Positions 1 to 13,937 of a DNA stretch of 64,000 nucleotides are shown here, piece by piece. Source of the DNA: Azolla caroliniana. Taxonomy: Eukaryota; Plantae; Polypodiophyta. The notes below the pieces were generated by a model. That model was not told the origin of the DNA, searched no databases, and worked only from the letters and a program-made list of their open reading frames with translations. The position numbers were made by a program, and so were the translations under genes. How positions within the stretch are numbered: the stretch's first letter is position 1; every line of letters starts with the position of its first letter. The stretch lies in contig JBHGNT010000006.1 in assembly GCA_043228905.1 (NCBI GenBank), forward strand, positions 4,092,001 through 4,156,000, given 5' to 3'.

Positions 1-798
1 TTGCATAAAATGGCTACTTTAGCCTCTCTTTGAGTACGGTTGAATTATTACAGTTCCAATCCTAAATATTCTGGTCACATCATTTTGGATACGTAAGGCA
101 TTCTTCTTTGTTATCTTTAGTTGTAAATCTCTACTCTCCCATACAAATGGTTCATTGCTACTTGTTTCGGGTCAATATATAGCAGAGTTGAGAGGATACC
201 TGATGAGGGCTGGCTGGATCTCGTGCGCCTCCTGCCATTCATTGTGAACAAAAGAAGAGGAAGGTATCAAATCTTTCATAGGCTTCTGAAACATCATGCA
301 ATTGACAAAATTTCAAAGTTCCATGTCCACAGTCTACATACAGACTTGGGGGCAGCATTTCATGTCTCCTCCTTCCCAAATGCATCCTCTAACCTCTCTC
401 TCACACACACCTTGGATTTTCACCGAGAGACATGAGTGAGTTCAAATGATGGTTCGGACGTCCCTCTCTGTCACATCTTGGGCCCCCTCGCGAGTTCTAC
501 GACCCAACTTTGTACAAGAGACAATATCGTATGTACGTTCATTTCCAATTGCTTGGCGAGCTTGAATTCCAGTTACTTGGCTGCTTGGGTAGCGAGATTC
601 TAATCTATACGTTAGCGATGTAACTTCTTACCCCATGAACTCACCATAGATGTTAATGTTTTCTCCCAACTATTTTGAATCTATAGATTATGCTAATTGT
701 GGATCGCTTTTTGGCGGCTTCAAGTGTCGCCACATCTTACCATGCGCCCAGGCAGGTTCCTTTGAGTCTAGGATAATCAAAGTTTAATCAACCATGAT

Positions 799-1122
799 TT
801 GGAAACACCTCTTTATTACAATTGTAGTGAACTTAGGTTAGGTTGGTTTTCCACCCAAACACAAGAGGGGATATCAACCAAAATTTCATTCTTTACAACT
901 TATATTTGCCAACTCATAAGGAATATTGATTTGCTCAATTGATGCAAAGATCTATCATGAATTGGAAACACCTCTCTTGTTACTATTTTTGTGAATTTGG
1001 ATTATGTTGATTATCCACCCAAAACAACATGGAATATCAATCAAAATTTCATTCATTGGGACTTGTATTCACCAACTCATAAGGAATATGATTTCCTCAA
1101 TTGATACAATGATCTATCATAG
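799..1122. repeat. Diverged tandem duplication, about 163-bp unit x2
   Basis: Both units start TTGGAAACACCTCT and contain CCAACTCATAAGGAATAT and GATCTATCAT. Confidence 0.85.
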
Positions 1123-3145
1123 GCTACTCAAATTGCAGTCAAGTTTTTAGTTTGTCGGTATTTGTTGTCATACACAATATTAATGTGTTTTACACTCATA
1201 TTATTCATTCTTTACTACATCTCCCCTACCCAAAACAAACATACACATGTAAACTTATCAAATGCCCCACATGCATCAAAGGCAAAGGGGCATATTTATG
1301 GATAGAATTACATGTTATCCGTGGATTGGGAATTGTTTGTCACTTCATTACCACCACACAAATTGCATTAAGATGTTATACATTAGAACAATGATAAAAC
1401 ACTTGCAAATGCATGATCAACAATTTGATTATGCAGATATTCAAATAGATTAATTGAAATTTTAGAATGATGATCAATACAACGTAAGTAGAGTAACAAT
1501 TAAATCTATAAAAGATTGTAAAAGTCATTTATAACACTAAAAGAGTAAGAGGATTACATATTTAGGTTGATAACCATTAAATTTACATAAAAGATCTACA
1601 ACGTATTCTTGAGGTCCAAATATAAAACAAGACATATATGTTAAATCACAATGTGGAAGTATTACATCATCCATCAATACAAGAGAGGCTTGGTGTGCTC
1701 TCAAGTTATTAATGATAAAATCATAAGGTTACTCTATTGAAATTCTAATATTCAAATATCATAAACGTAGTCATGTAATAGTGAGGTTTATGCTTTGCAG
1801 GTTCTAACTCTTGAGCAATGGCTATAGCCTATAACATTGTGTTCATTGTAAAAACTAATTACAATGCAAGATTCAGGCACACTAACAACTTGTTGCTAAG
1901 AAAATGGATTTAAAATACAATACCATTCCCTTAAACTGAAACACTACTAAAAAAGAGGTTTATCAATTTTGCTCATAAGATGATAAGTTTACTAAACAAA
2001 ATAAAATCTCAAGAATAGTCTGGGTCGATCTTTGTTGATAAACAATCTGACAGTAAAGATTTTAATAATAATAATTTAGACTCTGATATTTGTGACATAA
2101 TCTGTGCAAAACGAAATATTTGTCTATGCTTAATATAACATATGAAGATAATAAAAGAGCTACATGTATAACATTCCATAATATTTTGTAGATATAACTA
2201 GAAATCTTTGAGTGAACCTTATTTCACTTATTGGAATCTATCCCAACTTAATCTAGGCAATACAATTATAGCCCCTAATATCAGCATGACCTATTTTATT
2301 GATCACTCTCTAAAAAATGTTGCATAGTTCTGGACATTGGATTTAGTTTTCCAAAGTGATCTTAAGAATGGTTACCAAACCCCAAAATGTATTTTTCTTT
2401 TCATATTTCCTTTATGTAGTCAATGTTGTACCTCTTGTTACTAGCAAATGAACACAAATTCAATCTTAATATATCTAAGTTGGGATTTAAATCTAATAAC
2501 ATTTTCCCTCAGCTAATAAAGTTAACCAAAAATTTACCTTTTAATCAACCGCCATGTTGGAATTTACAAATTTACTTTTCCATTTCATGAGGAATATACC
2601 AATGAAGTCACATAGTCAGCCTACATAATTTGCCATTGGTATTTTTTTGGTTTTTTGTTTTATTTTTCAAACTTGGGGTCAGATGCATCCACCTTGCTTA
2701 CAAAGTAGCTTAAATTATATGACCTGTTGAACAATGTTTGCAGCAGATAAATAGCACCTACTGAGAGTGATTTGATGCCCAAAGACTGTTATGTATCACA
2801 ATTTTTGTAAGTCCACCTGTGTGGATGCTGTAATTAGGGTCACCATACGCAAAGAGAAATTGTTCAATTGGATCTTTATATGGATGTTTCCGGAGATTTC
2901 CAATGCTTAGCTGTGTTGACATTGCAGTGTTTCCTTGATGTTATGCAGTAATGCATCATGGCTTGCTCTGGTGGAAAATATCATTGGTTTCTCTGATGGA
3001 AAATATCATTGGTTTCATTCACCCTGACGTATATTACACATGAAATTTTGATCCCAACAATAAAATCTGCACATATATTTACATATCATTTCGAAAATGT
3101 CGAAATTGCTCCCAACCCCCAGCCCCCTTTCTCTCTGTGATATTT

Positions 3146-6100
3146 TCATGGTAGCCCTAGATTAATAGCTTCTAGACTCGATAAGCCACAACATATATCG
3201 CTAAGATCAAGTATCCCCAGCTGTTGAGATCGAGGCTCAGACCCGCGAAGGCAAAGCAAATCTGATTTTGTATATTTGATGCGTTCATCTGTCATAGCAG
3301 AAAACACAATGTCACTTTCAGCTTCTCAAATATAGGGAAAAGAATCTCGTTGCATATAGAAGTAGGGAATGCTAAATGAAATTCACATATCCAGTGATGT
3401 AACAAAATCTATGCTCATTGAGATTAACTGTACAACCATTTCATCTTCGAGTGCAGAATGGTTGTGTGAGCTTTATGGGAAAAACTCTGAAATATCCCTG
3501 CCTTTTCATTTATTTCCCCAAATGACCTAAAGTTCTCATTATTTCCCCCAAACAACATTGCCACGTCCCCAAAAGACAGAAATAGGCCATGTAGTAAACA
3601 TATAATTTCCCGAACAGCAACTGCGGGACTATCAGCATTTGAAATCTACTTCATTGCTACAATCCCACAAATCCCTCACTAAACAGGATTTACAGAAAGA
3701 TAATTTATATGATCGTAAAAAATTCCATGATTTTTCTTTTAGCATGGAGAGCTTTATTTGATTCCTGTCTTTACCAGACAATTGAACATGAAAAAGTGTA
3801 AGGAATTACATAGTGATTCTTAACAAATTAAAACACGCATTGGAGTTGAGATGGCATACCTACAACCACCTCAAAAGCTTTGGTCTTCTTCTGATGATCA
3901 ATCTTGTCCACATTCAATCGTGAAGGGGATTTTTCTTTACCATAATTTGTTTGTTTTAATCGTGACTCCCCCTTGATTTCTGATTCTTTGGATAAACCAG
4001 ATTTTGTAGCTCCCCATGCATTTGATAGAAGTGCATGTCTTAGTATAATGCCTCTATGAACCTCATGGAACTGAAGCAGTGCTTTCCTTGTGAGAAGCCA
4101 GCAATCCAAAAGGGAAAGCTCCTTCAATAATACAGGAGTTTTGAAGCTCAGAATCCCTGAATCTGTCAGCATTGCTCCTTCTATGCTGAGTGAAACAAGT
4201 TTCTTGAGAGCTGAAAGATAGTGTAAGGCATAATCTGACAAACGCTCACTTCGCAAATGCAAATGTGTTAGTTCGTGTAAACGGGTAAACCCTTGGCAAG
4301 CTTCATCAGAAAGAAGGGTATTCCTTAGATTTAGAAACGTCAAACATTGGAGTTGTTGAATGGAGATAAATGATATATTGTTTGAAGTTTTTCCATTTAC
4401 CTCTGCATTAAATCCTGTAATACATGCCCACATAAAATTGTTCAATGTAATCATATACATATACCACATAGACATGTTAGCACTATGGAAAAAAACTATC
4501 TTTTACCTTTGACATTTGTATAGCTCAGATCAATTCTCTTCAAGGACATCATCAGTTGCAAAAATGTGAAGACAGAATCGTCGACCTCTGTGCCGCTAAG
4601 TATTATTTGCTCAACCTTGGGTAAATGGCGAGCAAGAATGCCTATTCCTTCTGAATCCACCTTGCAACCACTCAAATCAAGCTGTTTCAGTTTAAACCCT
4701 ATCCTTGCAACTGTCTTCATTGCCTCATTGTCAGCAATAGTTCCAGCGAGATTCAAAACTTCAAGCTTCCATTTTCCATCCAGAAACTCTAAGTCTTTCA
4801 AATATGATGATGAAAAGTCAATCAACAACAAATTACTTGTCCACTGGCCAGAAAACACTTCTGAAGGATTTGAAATATTTGCCCCAGACAAGTAAAGTTC
4901 TTCAAGAATTCCTTCCAAACCCTCCCAATCCTCAAAGATTGAAACAATAGTACAGTTTGCCATGTTGAGGTGCTTGAGTGATTGCAAAGCTGGGAGTTTG
5001 GTGACATTAGTCCATGCTAAGTTAAGGTGTCTCAATTTTGGAAACCCTTTTAGACTCATCATCCCCTGATTTGAGACATTACTTCCCCAGATATCAAGGT
5101 TTTCAAGTTCAGTCAAATCCTGCATGTTTATAAAAAAAATTGATTACAGCCCCACATCAGAAAAACAAGTGCTTACCACAGAAAGGAAGAAAGATATATT
5201 GACATCCCTTAAGAATCTGAGATGAACTATGAGACTGATCAAGAGGTTACTGAGAGAATCTTACACGTAGAGAAATGAGGACAGTGTCAGTCACAGGAAG
5301 ACCTCCCAAATCTAGAGATGTGAGACCTTTTAAGGATGATAGCCCCATAAGACCTTTTGTCGTTACTTTTGTCTCTGACAACCCTAGTTTCTTCAGGTTT
5401 ACCATGCACAACAAGTGTGACAACCCTTCATCAGTAATTTTAGGACAAGAAGATATATTAAGCTCCTCTAAGGTCCCTATTTCTGTAATGAACACCAGAA
5501 ACAGCTTTCAGTGCACATAGATACGCACAGGCATCAACTATGAATTCACATTATCCATACAAACATCTGACAGATGTGTGTGGTTAGCATGCCTTTTAGA
5601 AATGAGACTGCAAAATTTGAGAGAGACTTGCATTTTGCTGCTTCCAGAACTCGTAAACATCGGAAATTTTGAAAATAAGCTGTCCACTCAGCATCCACAC
5701 TGGCTTCGCCAGACACGTTAACCTCTTCAAGACTATATTGGAAGAGCCTTCATGAAGAAAAATGGCAACTTGTGAGATCGTCACAGAATTTGCCCTTAGC
5801 GTAGATAATAGCTATATATAGAAATTAAAAAAGTTCTTATATTGAGGACATGAGGATGCTATCAATGAGAGACCGCTTCTATTACGATATCTATGAGGAG
5901 TTTCTTCAGGTTTTGGCTACATTAATACAAGATAATAGTTCTTATATAAGGGGGCTGGGTGATACCTATGGGATATAGCTTCGCTTGTGAAATCGTAAAA
6001 TATGTTCAAAATGTAGATGTTAGCTGAATATATAGATACATAGATAGATATAGATATGTAATTACCACAACATGATAATCATTCTCTAGAGATCAAATTT

Positions 6101-6722
6101 CCAAAGTCTTGATTAACTATCTAAAGAAATAACAAGATGGATGAATCTGCCAATGCTGCCCAAATATTTGTAAAAGAAACAAAGACAGACCGGTGCACTG
6201 CCGATTTGCCAAATTTGATTAACAATTGTCTACCAAAGAAAACAAAAACAGAAGTATATCTAATGAAACCTAGATCGATGAGTTTTCACATAAGAAAAAC
6301 AAATCAACGTGAATTGACGGATGCACAAATGCAGATCTGTGGAATCATGCCTAGAAAACAGCAAGCGCAGTTTTTGCATTTTCCGAAGAACAAAGGAAAG
6401 AGATGTATGGAGAGGAATCAGAGAGATCCACTTACTCGAGCAATGGAGGATTGGTAAGCAGAGAGGATCGAGTGAGGAGGAGGTGGAAGAGAGTGTGAGA
6501 GAGGTGAGATGGCAAGCATTCTAAGCTCCGCTTCTGTCGTTTCCACACATCAACGCTGCGGGAGGCCACGTCCAGGCACATCTCGGAAAGGCTGGGAGGA
6601 GGAGGAGGAGGAGGAGGAGGAGGAGAAGCATCGACGGCACCATAGCCCATCTCTTCCATAGCCTCTGTGTCTGTGTCTGTGTCTGTGTCTGTGTCTGTGT
6701 CTGTCTCGTCAGGATGGCCCAT
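3146..6722 (-). CDS. LRR protein, CERES-like (eIF4E-interacting), about 656 aa; exons 6722-6436, 5747-5593, 5482-5265, 5119-4507, 4414-3860, 3288-3146
   Basis: LRR repeats in ORFs 5247-5495, 4496-5125 and 3828-4475. Exons join in phase (1971 nt) if intron 2 uses a GC donor. The last exon reads DERIKYTKSDLLCLR, containing a YxxxxL-phi motif. The architecture matches my recollection of Arabidopsis CERES (At4g23840). The start could instead be the downstream MEEMG ATG. Confidence 0.85.
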
Positions 6723-7249
6723 CGCGGCGATAGCTTCAGCCGCCAGGATCAGACCCGGGCAGGGCTCTGCGTCGTCCGTCCTCTCTGCAGAGGCAGAGGC
6801 AGAGGCAGAGACAGAGGTGAGAGGGACAAATGAAGAGAAGAGACTTAGAGAAGTATAAAGAAAGAGAAAGAAAGAAAAGGTAAAACCTTCAGTGACAGAT
6901 AGACAGACACCAACTCACAAATGTGAAGGCCCCAACTGTTGTTACACCACAAGACACACACACACACACAAGTAAAGAAAGAGTAGAACACGAACACGAT
7001 TTTCGCAGAGCTCGCTCACGGTGCCTCCCTCCCTCCCTCGAGACGAAGATAGATAGACAATACAAGCCCAACCCCCATTGGTTCAATGTTTGTACCTTTA
7101 TCCCAAACACATTGCTCGCACCCACCTGCTACGCCCACACGATCTTATTATAGCAAACCAAATGGATTGTAAATGCCCACATGACAGTGGCCAAAAACTG
7201 TACACACATCATGCTACGGAAAACACGAGAATGAGATGGCGGCAACCTA

Positions 7250-7627
7250 TAGCAAAACGGCAACATGGACAAGATGGTGGCAATCGAAAGCGCAACTACG
7301 CCAGAAGAGTGAGGACAGCAATTCCGACCAAACGAGGGAGAGCATTTGAGCATTGAAGGAGGGCAACTGTGACAAGGAGAGGGTTTGTAAGGTGGCGTTA
7401 AGCATGAACTAAATATAGGCTAAAGAAAAGTGCCTCGACACCTCTCCCTTCCCCATGGTTTTACACATGGGGAATATATACATTTGCCTTCTTACAACGA
7501 GGATGACAACAAACAAAATTCAAGCGCAAACTACCTTGGTACTCGTACCAAGCCTACCCTCGTTGACATTCGCAACACTTGCAATATTGATTTACAAAGG
7601 AGGACACACACATGAATGCATCGTGAC
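7250..7627 (+). mobile_element. Possible Ty3 3' end plus an LTR remnant of about 260 bp
   Basis: ATW-like codons, then a PPT-like TTGAAGGAGGGCAAC immediately followed by TGTGACA (7368), with a candidate end GTGACA at 7627. Confidence 0.3.
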
Positions 7628-9619
7628 AATACCACCAGGATATTCAAAGCAAATAGCGAATGCTCAACTCTACATCAAATAATTGTATGCGGTTTTACTT
7701 CATTATTCTCATCACAACCTAAGATTGCATATGTTTTCTCACTCATCATTGGCCATACTGATTTATTTGACTATGCCTACTATACCCAATACCTTTCATA
7801 ACCTTTCAACATAGTTAACTCTTGTTAATTTAATATTTGCATGTTGTTCATCACTATTGAAATGAAAGCAATGCCCAAACATATCTTGCAATGGATGTCA
7901 AACTTCATAGCAATTTAAATCTTCAAATTGGTAGGGTGTGTGGTAGCATAAACATTTAATCCTCGATTGCATCAAATATAATACAATCCAATGTATCCTA
8001 AACACACATATGAGCAACATTGCATAAAATTGTCATGATGTTTGTGTATTTCGCATTCATTTGTACTAATCTCTTTTTTGTTGAAAAAAATATATTTTTT
8101 TATTTCTTCAACAAAAGATTATCTATTCATTGAACTAGATTGGTTGTTGTGAGTCACTCACACACCCATGTCAAAAAAATTCAGGGGATTATTCACACAA
8201 TTTAAATACCTTTCTGACTCCTCTAAAGTCTTCGTCCGGAAACCCTCAACTATTGCGGCGATGGGTTACAATGCACTAACCCATTACCCACCCTCTCTCT
8301 CCTACCGACTCATCGGAATGCCATAAAAAAGAACAAATGAGTTGTATATGTCCCTCACAATTCTAAATTTCAACACACATAGGCATGCCATCATTACCAT
8401 TTGCTTTAGCCTTCCAAGACATTGAAAATATCATCACATTTGGTATCGTTCACATTGTGTCCTTCCCTTATTGCAAATCTTATTTGAAAATTTTTGAAAC
8501 TTGTCCATAAAAATGAAAATGCCCTTACTCTTAATGAATTTTAGATCTACCTACACTAAAAGTTGCATTGAGCTAATACCTCAACAAGAGATTTGGGTCT
8601 CCAACCCTTCTTTGTGAAAATTCTTAATATTAGTAATTTTTTATTAAACTCCTTGAGTAACAACTTTATGTTAACATAGCTTTTCCTAGCATTAGTACTC
8701 AAGAACCTCAAATGTTTTTCACCTCTTAAGTTCTTTCCATCAACCCCTTGTTTCTTGTTCGCTATTTCAATTTGCCTCAAAAGTGGTCTCAACTACCTTC
8801 ATGCATGGCCTTTACCATGAACATGGAATCATTGCCTTCCAACAACTCTAACATATAATTAGAATATGAACATATTCCTCAATTTATAGGAAGTACTAGT
8901 AATCAAGCATCAGCAGAATTTCAGAAGTACTGTTTGTAGACTCGTTTTGTTCTTATTATAGAGCTAGAACTTGCATTTTCTGATAGTAGAAACCTTCATA
9001 TATTTTGTAAACATCTGATCTATGATGAAGGTACTTAATAATCATTATCTCAAGTTGACGAACATGTTACTGAGGAAGCATTTGCAAATACTCTAAGTAA
9101 ATGACAATTGGCCATTAAGCCATTATGCGACCACCATTCAATTGAACTACAAACCCACAATTGTCTACTGACTCTAATTTGTTTAGAATATTTGTAAGAT
9201 TGCTTCCATTGATTCCTGTTGTAATAATGCCTATAGCTTTGATTACTATATGTATAAGTTTGGGGAGAGAAACTACACATCAACAGAAACTTGGTATGTG
9301 AATCCCATTTTTACAAATAGTGATTTCAGCCCTTGACATGGAAGCCCTAACATGCATTCACTCCAAACTGGAACTTCTGCAACTGTTGAAGCAATAATCA
9401 TGGAATACATACTCTCATAACACCACTGCATTTATACCTCACAAACAAATATAACATTTCCCTGTCCTTTTCAGCAGATAAACACTGCAATGGTCATAGA
9501 CAAATTTAACTTTTAAAAGTGTAATTTCAGATAATGATCAGAAAGCTCACTGGCAAATAATTTACGTGTGACATTTGATTAATTCAGTTTCAAAATATCA
9601 ACAAAGTTAAACAGACTTC

Positions 9620-10249
9620 TTAATGTGATTTCAACCGTTTCACATCATCCTCAAGCTTCTGAATTTCCGTGTAATATTTACACATTCGATATAACAACCT
9701 GTAATAATGAAAGAAAAATATCATTAAAAGAGTTTGCAAACGGAAGTATAAACTTGAAAAAACATTTGAAGGAGCAGAGCGATATATTAAGCATCTTCAA
9801 AGACTGAAATGGCATATAGAACCAGACAAGATCTCACAACTAAAAACACAGTATTTTCTATGTTAGCAATGAAAAAGATGATAATAGTATACCAGTCCTA
9901 GGAGATAGGTATGGCCCTTGGATTTAGCATGGGAATGTGGATAGTGAAAAAGATGATAATAGTATACCAGTCCTAGGGGATAGGTATGGCCCTTGGGTTT
10001 AGCATGGAAATGTGGATAGGACTATGACATCCCTCCCAGGATCAAATATGGTGATCACTCAATGAGGAAAATGATGCCATTCGTCTTTTATAGGATTTCC
10101 TAACCTTCCTTCAAATAAGTGTGCGTTAACACACTAAAGTTCATTATGGGCCTTTCCCACCGTTAACACCCATCCAAATGTCTCTGGATGTAACAAGGAT
10201 GATATATAGTATATGGATATATGTGCAAAACAGAGTATGTATCTCTAAT

Positions 10250-10283
<34 letters not shown>

Positions 10284-13200
10284 GCAAACTGTATATTCAC
10301 AATATATGTGTTCACAAAATGTATATAGCATTCGTACTACAGAGGTATGCTGATATTCAATGCAAGGGCCCTGACCCTTTTTTACCTGTGCCTCTGGAGT
10401 ATGCCTAAGCATGCTTTCTGAAGTCTATACCTGAAGGTTTACAAGAGTTACCCTATATCCATTCAATGAAACTGAAATTGACATTCTAAACATATTCATC
10501 ATAGACTATCAAAGATGGAGAGATCACAACATGAGTAAACTGTGTGTCCAATAACAAGAACAAGGATCAATTTCATTTGCCGGTACAGGTACTAGTACTG
10601 GTGTTCATGTGGACATGGTTTTGTGTTGCGTGCAGTGTCACCAGACCTGTTGCAATATCTTTGTGTTGTGGGATTCTCAAACAAATTATTGGTGCTTTGA
10701 TAATTACAGGAACTTTGTATCGCAATGCAGGGTAGCAGTGCTGACAAAAGTTCCAATGGAGGTCCCAAAAGTTTTATAAACAAATTTAAGATATTTCTGA
10801 AAATTGATTGTATTATTTTGATGACTATGCAAGTGAATAAAGGAAGCATACAGTAGAACAGTTCATTTTATAAGAAAGGTGGAATGAGGGTTTCAAATGG
10901 AGTGGAACACTCGAATCAATCTGAGTGTTATAAATTGAGAGCAATTTTAAGGAAAAGTAAATTTCAAGGGAACAAACTATTCACTACTTAACTTGGATTA
11001 TACAATAGAATGGAATAACTGCAACAAGCTGAGTAGTTACCGTTCAAGAAAAACATTAAAAAATGTATCTTCTGCAGCAACGATTCTATTTACTATTTTG
11101 TCCAGAAAACCTGATCTATTCCAGGAATTTCATTACTTGCGTCAAGTTTTCTGGTACTTTATGCATTTTATATAGCCTGGACTCTTCCATGGTGAATAGA
11201 TCTTTTGTTATTGCTATCCTGCAATGGCATTCTTCAAGTTGCTATGGATGCAAACTTTAAGGGGTTTTGTCTTAGACAGCACAGCATCTCCAGCCAAAGA
11301 CGCATTTTCTAGATACAGTCAATAGATTCCAGATACAATGACATCACCTGATTTCATGAATTCTGTTGATATCCATCACAAACTGTTCCTTCAGCGACCA
11401 TGATACATGGATATATACATGCCCCATAGATCACAAGTAGTGATAGGTCAGCTAAGAGTAATATCACAAAGGCTCGGGATTGAGTTGAGTTGAGCTGAGC
11501 TGTGAGATGCCTATTGCAGATAGGATATGTAGGACATGCACTGAGATGAAGTATGAGAGATCAAAAGTAGCGGTAGGTCAGTTAAGAGGATATTATCACA
11601 CAAACTTAGGTCAAGCTGTGAGATGCCTAAAGCACAAAGGATCTGTCAGATATGCACTGAGATGGATAATGGGGAAAGGAGTATTTCATTTAGCAAGGCA
11701 TCTAGATATGCAGATTTGTGCAGAGGGCAAATCCTTGAAGAAATCATGGAGTTTAGAGACAAATTCTGTTTGTTCATTTCTTGATTGAGTTAGAAAGTCA
11801 TAGAACCATTGATATATACGCCACATATACCAGACCAGAGGAGACAATCACATCTCATTGATTACTTTAGAAGGTAGCATTTCCATCCCCAGACACATAT
11901 GAAAGGACCACCCTGCAGGAGCTACAAACAATTACAGCCCATTGACGACCACAATCCCCAAGACATAGGGCCGCTGACATCATCATAGAAACTTTTATAG
12001 CAATATCTGGGTTTTATTTTACCCTTGAGCTTGGGAAATGATTACTTAAGCACTGTACCTACAATACATAGTGCCTTGTGTGTGCTATATTTATCATTTT
12101 GGACGAAAAGTAGCTTTTATTCCTTGAATAATTGGCCACCTCCTTTTCTATGAGTACATTATATTGCCTTCTACTATCTCTGGGTCCAGAACAGTGCTAC
12201 TCTTTTTATAATTTGACTGTGCCGTTTCCACTCCATTATTATTTATTGCATTCATACTTACTGTGGTGTCATCTTTCTTAGGACAGAAAACTTAATCTCA
12301 AAAGCATGTAATCAGATCGGTTGCCTTAGCTACAAAATTTGGACCTCACAGCTCATTCCACATATCATCTGGCCCTGATTTAGGGCTTTTTGTTCCAATG
12401 TTGATATTATGGATTCCTTTCTGGATGCTGGTGTTACCAATTATACTCCCATAGATTGCAAATCAAGAAAATCGACTTTGTCTGAGAAATTGGTGATCTA
12501 CTGCAGAGATGATTCCACACCTGTTATGACAGTGAATATTCAAAGATGCGAGAGCTGTGGGATGCCACTTCTCACATCTTCTGGTTTCCCATCAATAAAT
12601 TGAAGGTTGTAGATTCTGTCAGTTCTAAAACTAGGAATTCTAGGTTGATTAGTGACTTCTTTAGACTCAAAGTGTGAGCCAAGGCATATTTCCAAATGAT
12701 ACCAAGTTATCTCATACTTTTCACATCATGGTTCATATTCCAGCCTAAAACTCGGTGTAGTGTATTGAGCATTTCCCACTTCAAACTCAAAATATGAGCT
12801 CTGGACTGTTGAAGATAATGATCCCTCCCAAATGCTACGGGTTCCCATCTTTGCTCAAACTAAGAAAAGTATATATCATCCAATCCTTCTACAAGCAGCA
12901 TCCAAAGATAAAACTTGAAAGTCAATCCCAAAGAATAAGAAGATCCTCCATGGCACCAGTGGGAATCATATTTGGAAATACATGCCTAACACACACAACA
13001 AAAAAACTCGGCAAGAGATTGTGAAGAAATCCAATGGGGAGACAATCACCACATTGGAACATATTATAATTATAGCACCCTAGACTTCTCTGACACATAA
13101 TGTTCAACATTCCTTGATAAAGGAATAGCGTTACACCTAATATTACACATCATTCACCTCTGCATGCAGCTTAATTGATATAGGTAGGTACTAACCAGTA

Positions 13201-13937
13201 GAGAAGACAAGCTCCAATTGAAAGGAGGGCGTTACGTTGGGCTTTAAAGACCTGCAGATTGCATCAAACATAGATAAACAATGAGATATAATCATGTAAA
13301 TAGATATATTTGTGCAAGAAAAAAGAAAGCAATTTTATGTAGGAAACAGCATACAGATCGTTCATATCGGTCCCTCTCCACAACAGTGCACACATCCGAA
13401 GAACATTTCAGACGGTGCTCGTTTTTCCAATAGATATCTGCAAAGAAAGAAAATTTACGGAGGATTTAGAGTTTACAATAAGGAGTTTAGGAAGTAGAAG
13501 AAAGAGACAACTTTAGGGTTTCAGAAACAAGGATGGATCCAACGATTAGGATTCACATGTTAAGGTACAGATTACAAAAAAGAAAGAAAACGGACAGACA
13601 GGATTAGGTTTTTCCGAAGCAAATGTTATCGGATGGTTCAAGTTTAGAGAATAAATGAAGGAAGAATAAGAAAAGGAGAAATGTTCAGAGATTTCATAAG
13701 CAAGGATGGATCAGAACTTTAGGGTTTAAATTATTGAAAGATTATCTAAGGAGGCATGTTTGTACCGAGGAGCTGGAATGCTGCAAACGGCACGATACCA
13801 AGGGCGGGCTGGAGGAGGGAGGAGACGATGACGAGGAGGCGGCGGCGGAGGGCGGCCGGGTAGCGCACTGTGAGAAGCAACGCCAGGACTGCTTCCGCTG
13901 CGGTGGCCCCGCCCAACATCATCCACTGCAGAGCCAT
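9620..13937 (-). CDS. Short BAP31/BAP29-like ER membrane protein, 129 aa; exons 13937-13766, 13437-13355, 13251-13196, 9698-9620
   Basis: The joined translation MALQWMMLGG...PFAAFQLL/DIYWKNEHRLKC...DRYERS/VFKAQRNALLSIGACLLYW/LLYRMCKYYTEIQKL...* is 390 nt with all GT-AG introns in phase. DIYWK and QRN are typical of the plant short BAP31-like family. Confidence 0.88.
9870..10019. repeat. Tandem duplication, 75-bp unit x2, in intron 3 of the BAP31-like gene
   Basis: TGAAAAAGATGATAATAGTATACCAGTCCTAGG... is repeated with about 3 differences. Confidence 0.92.

Noticed and set aside
200-300. Possible exon of a gene running off the left edge (minus-strand CAG|GTATCC donor)
   Set aside because: No recognisable protein similarity and no supporting exon.
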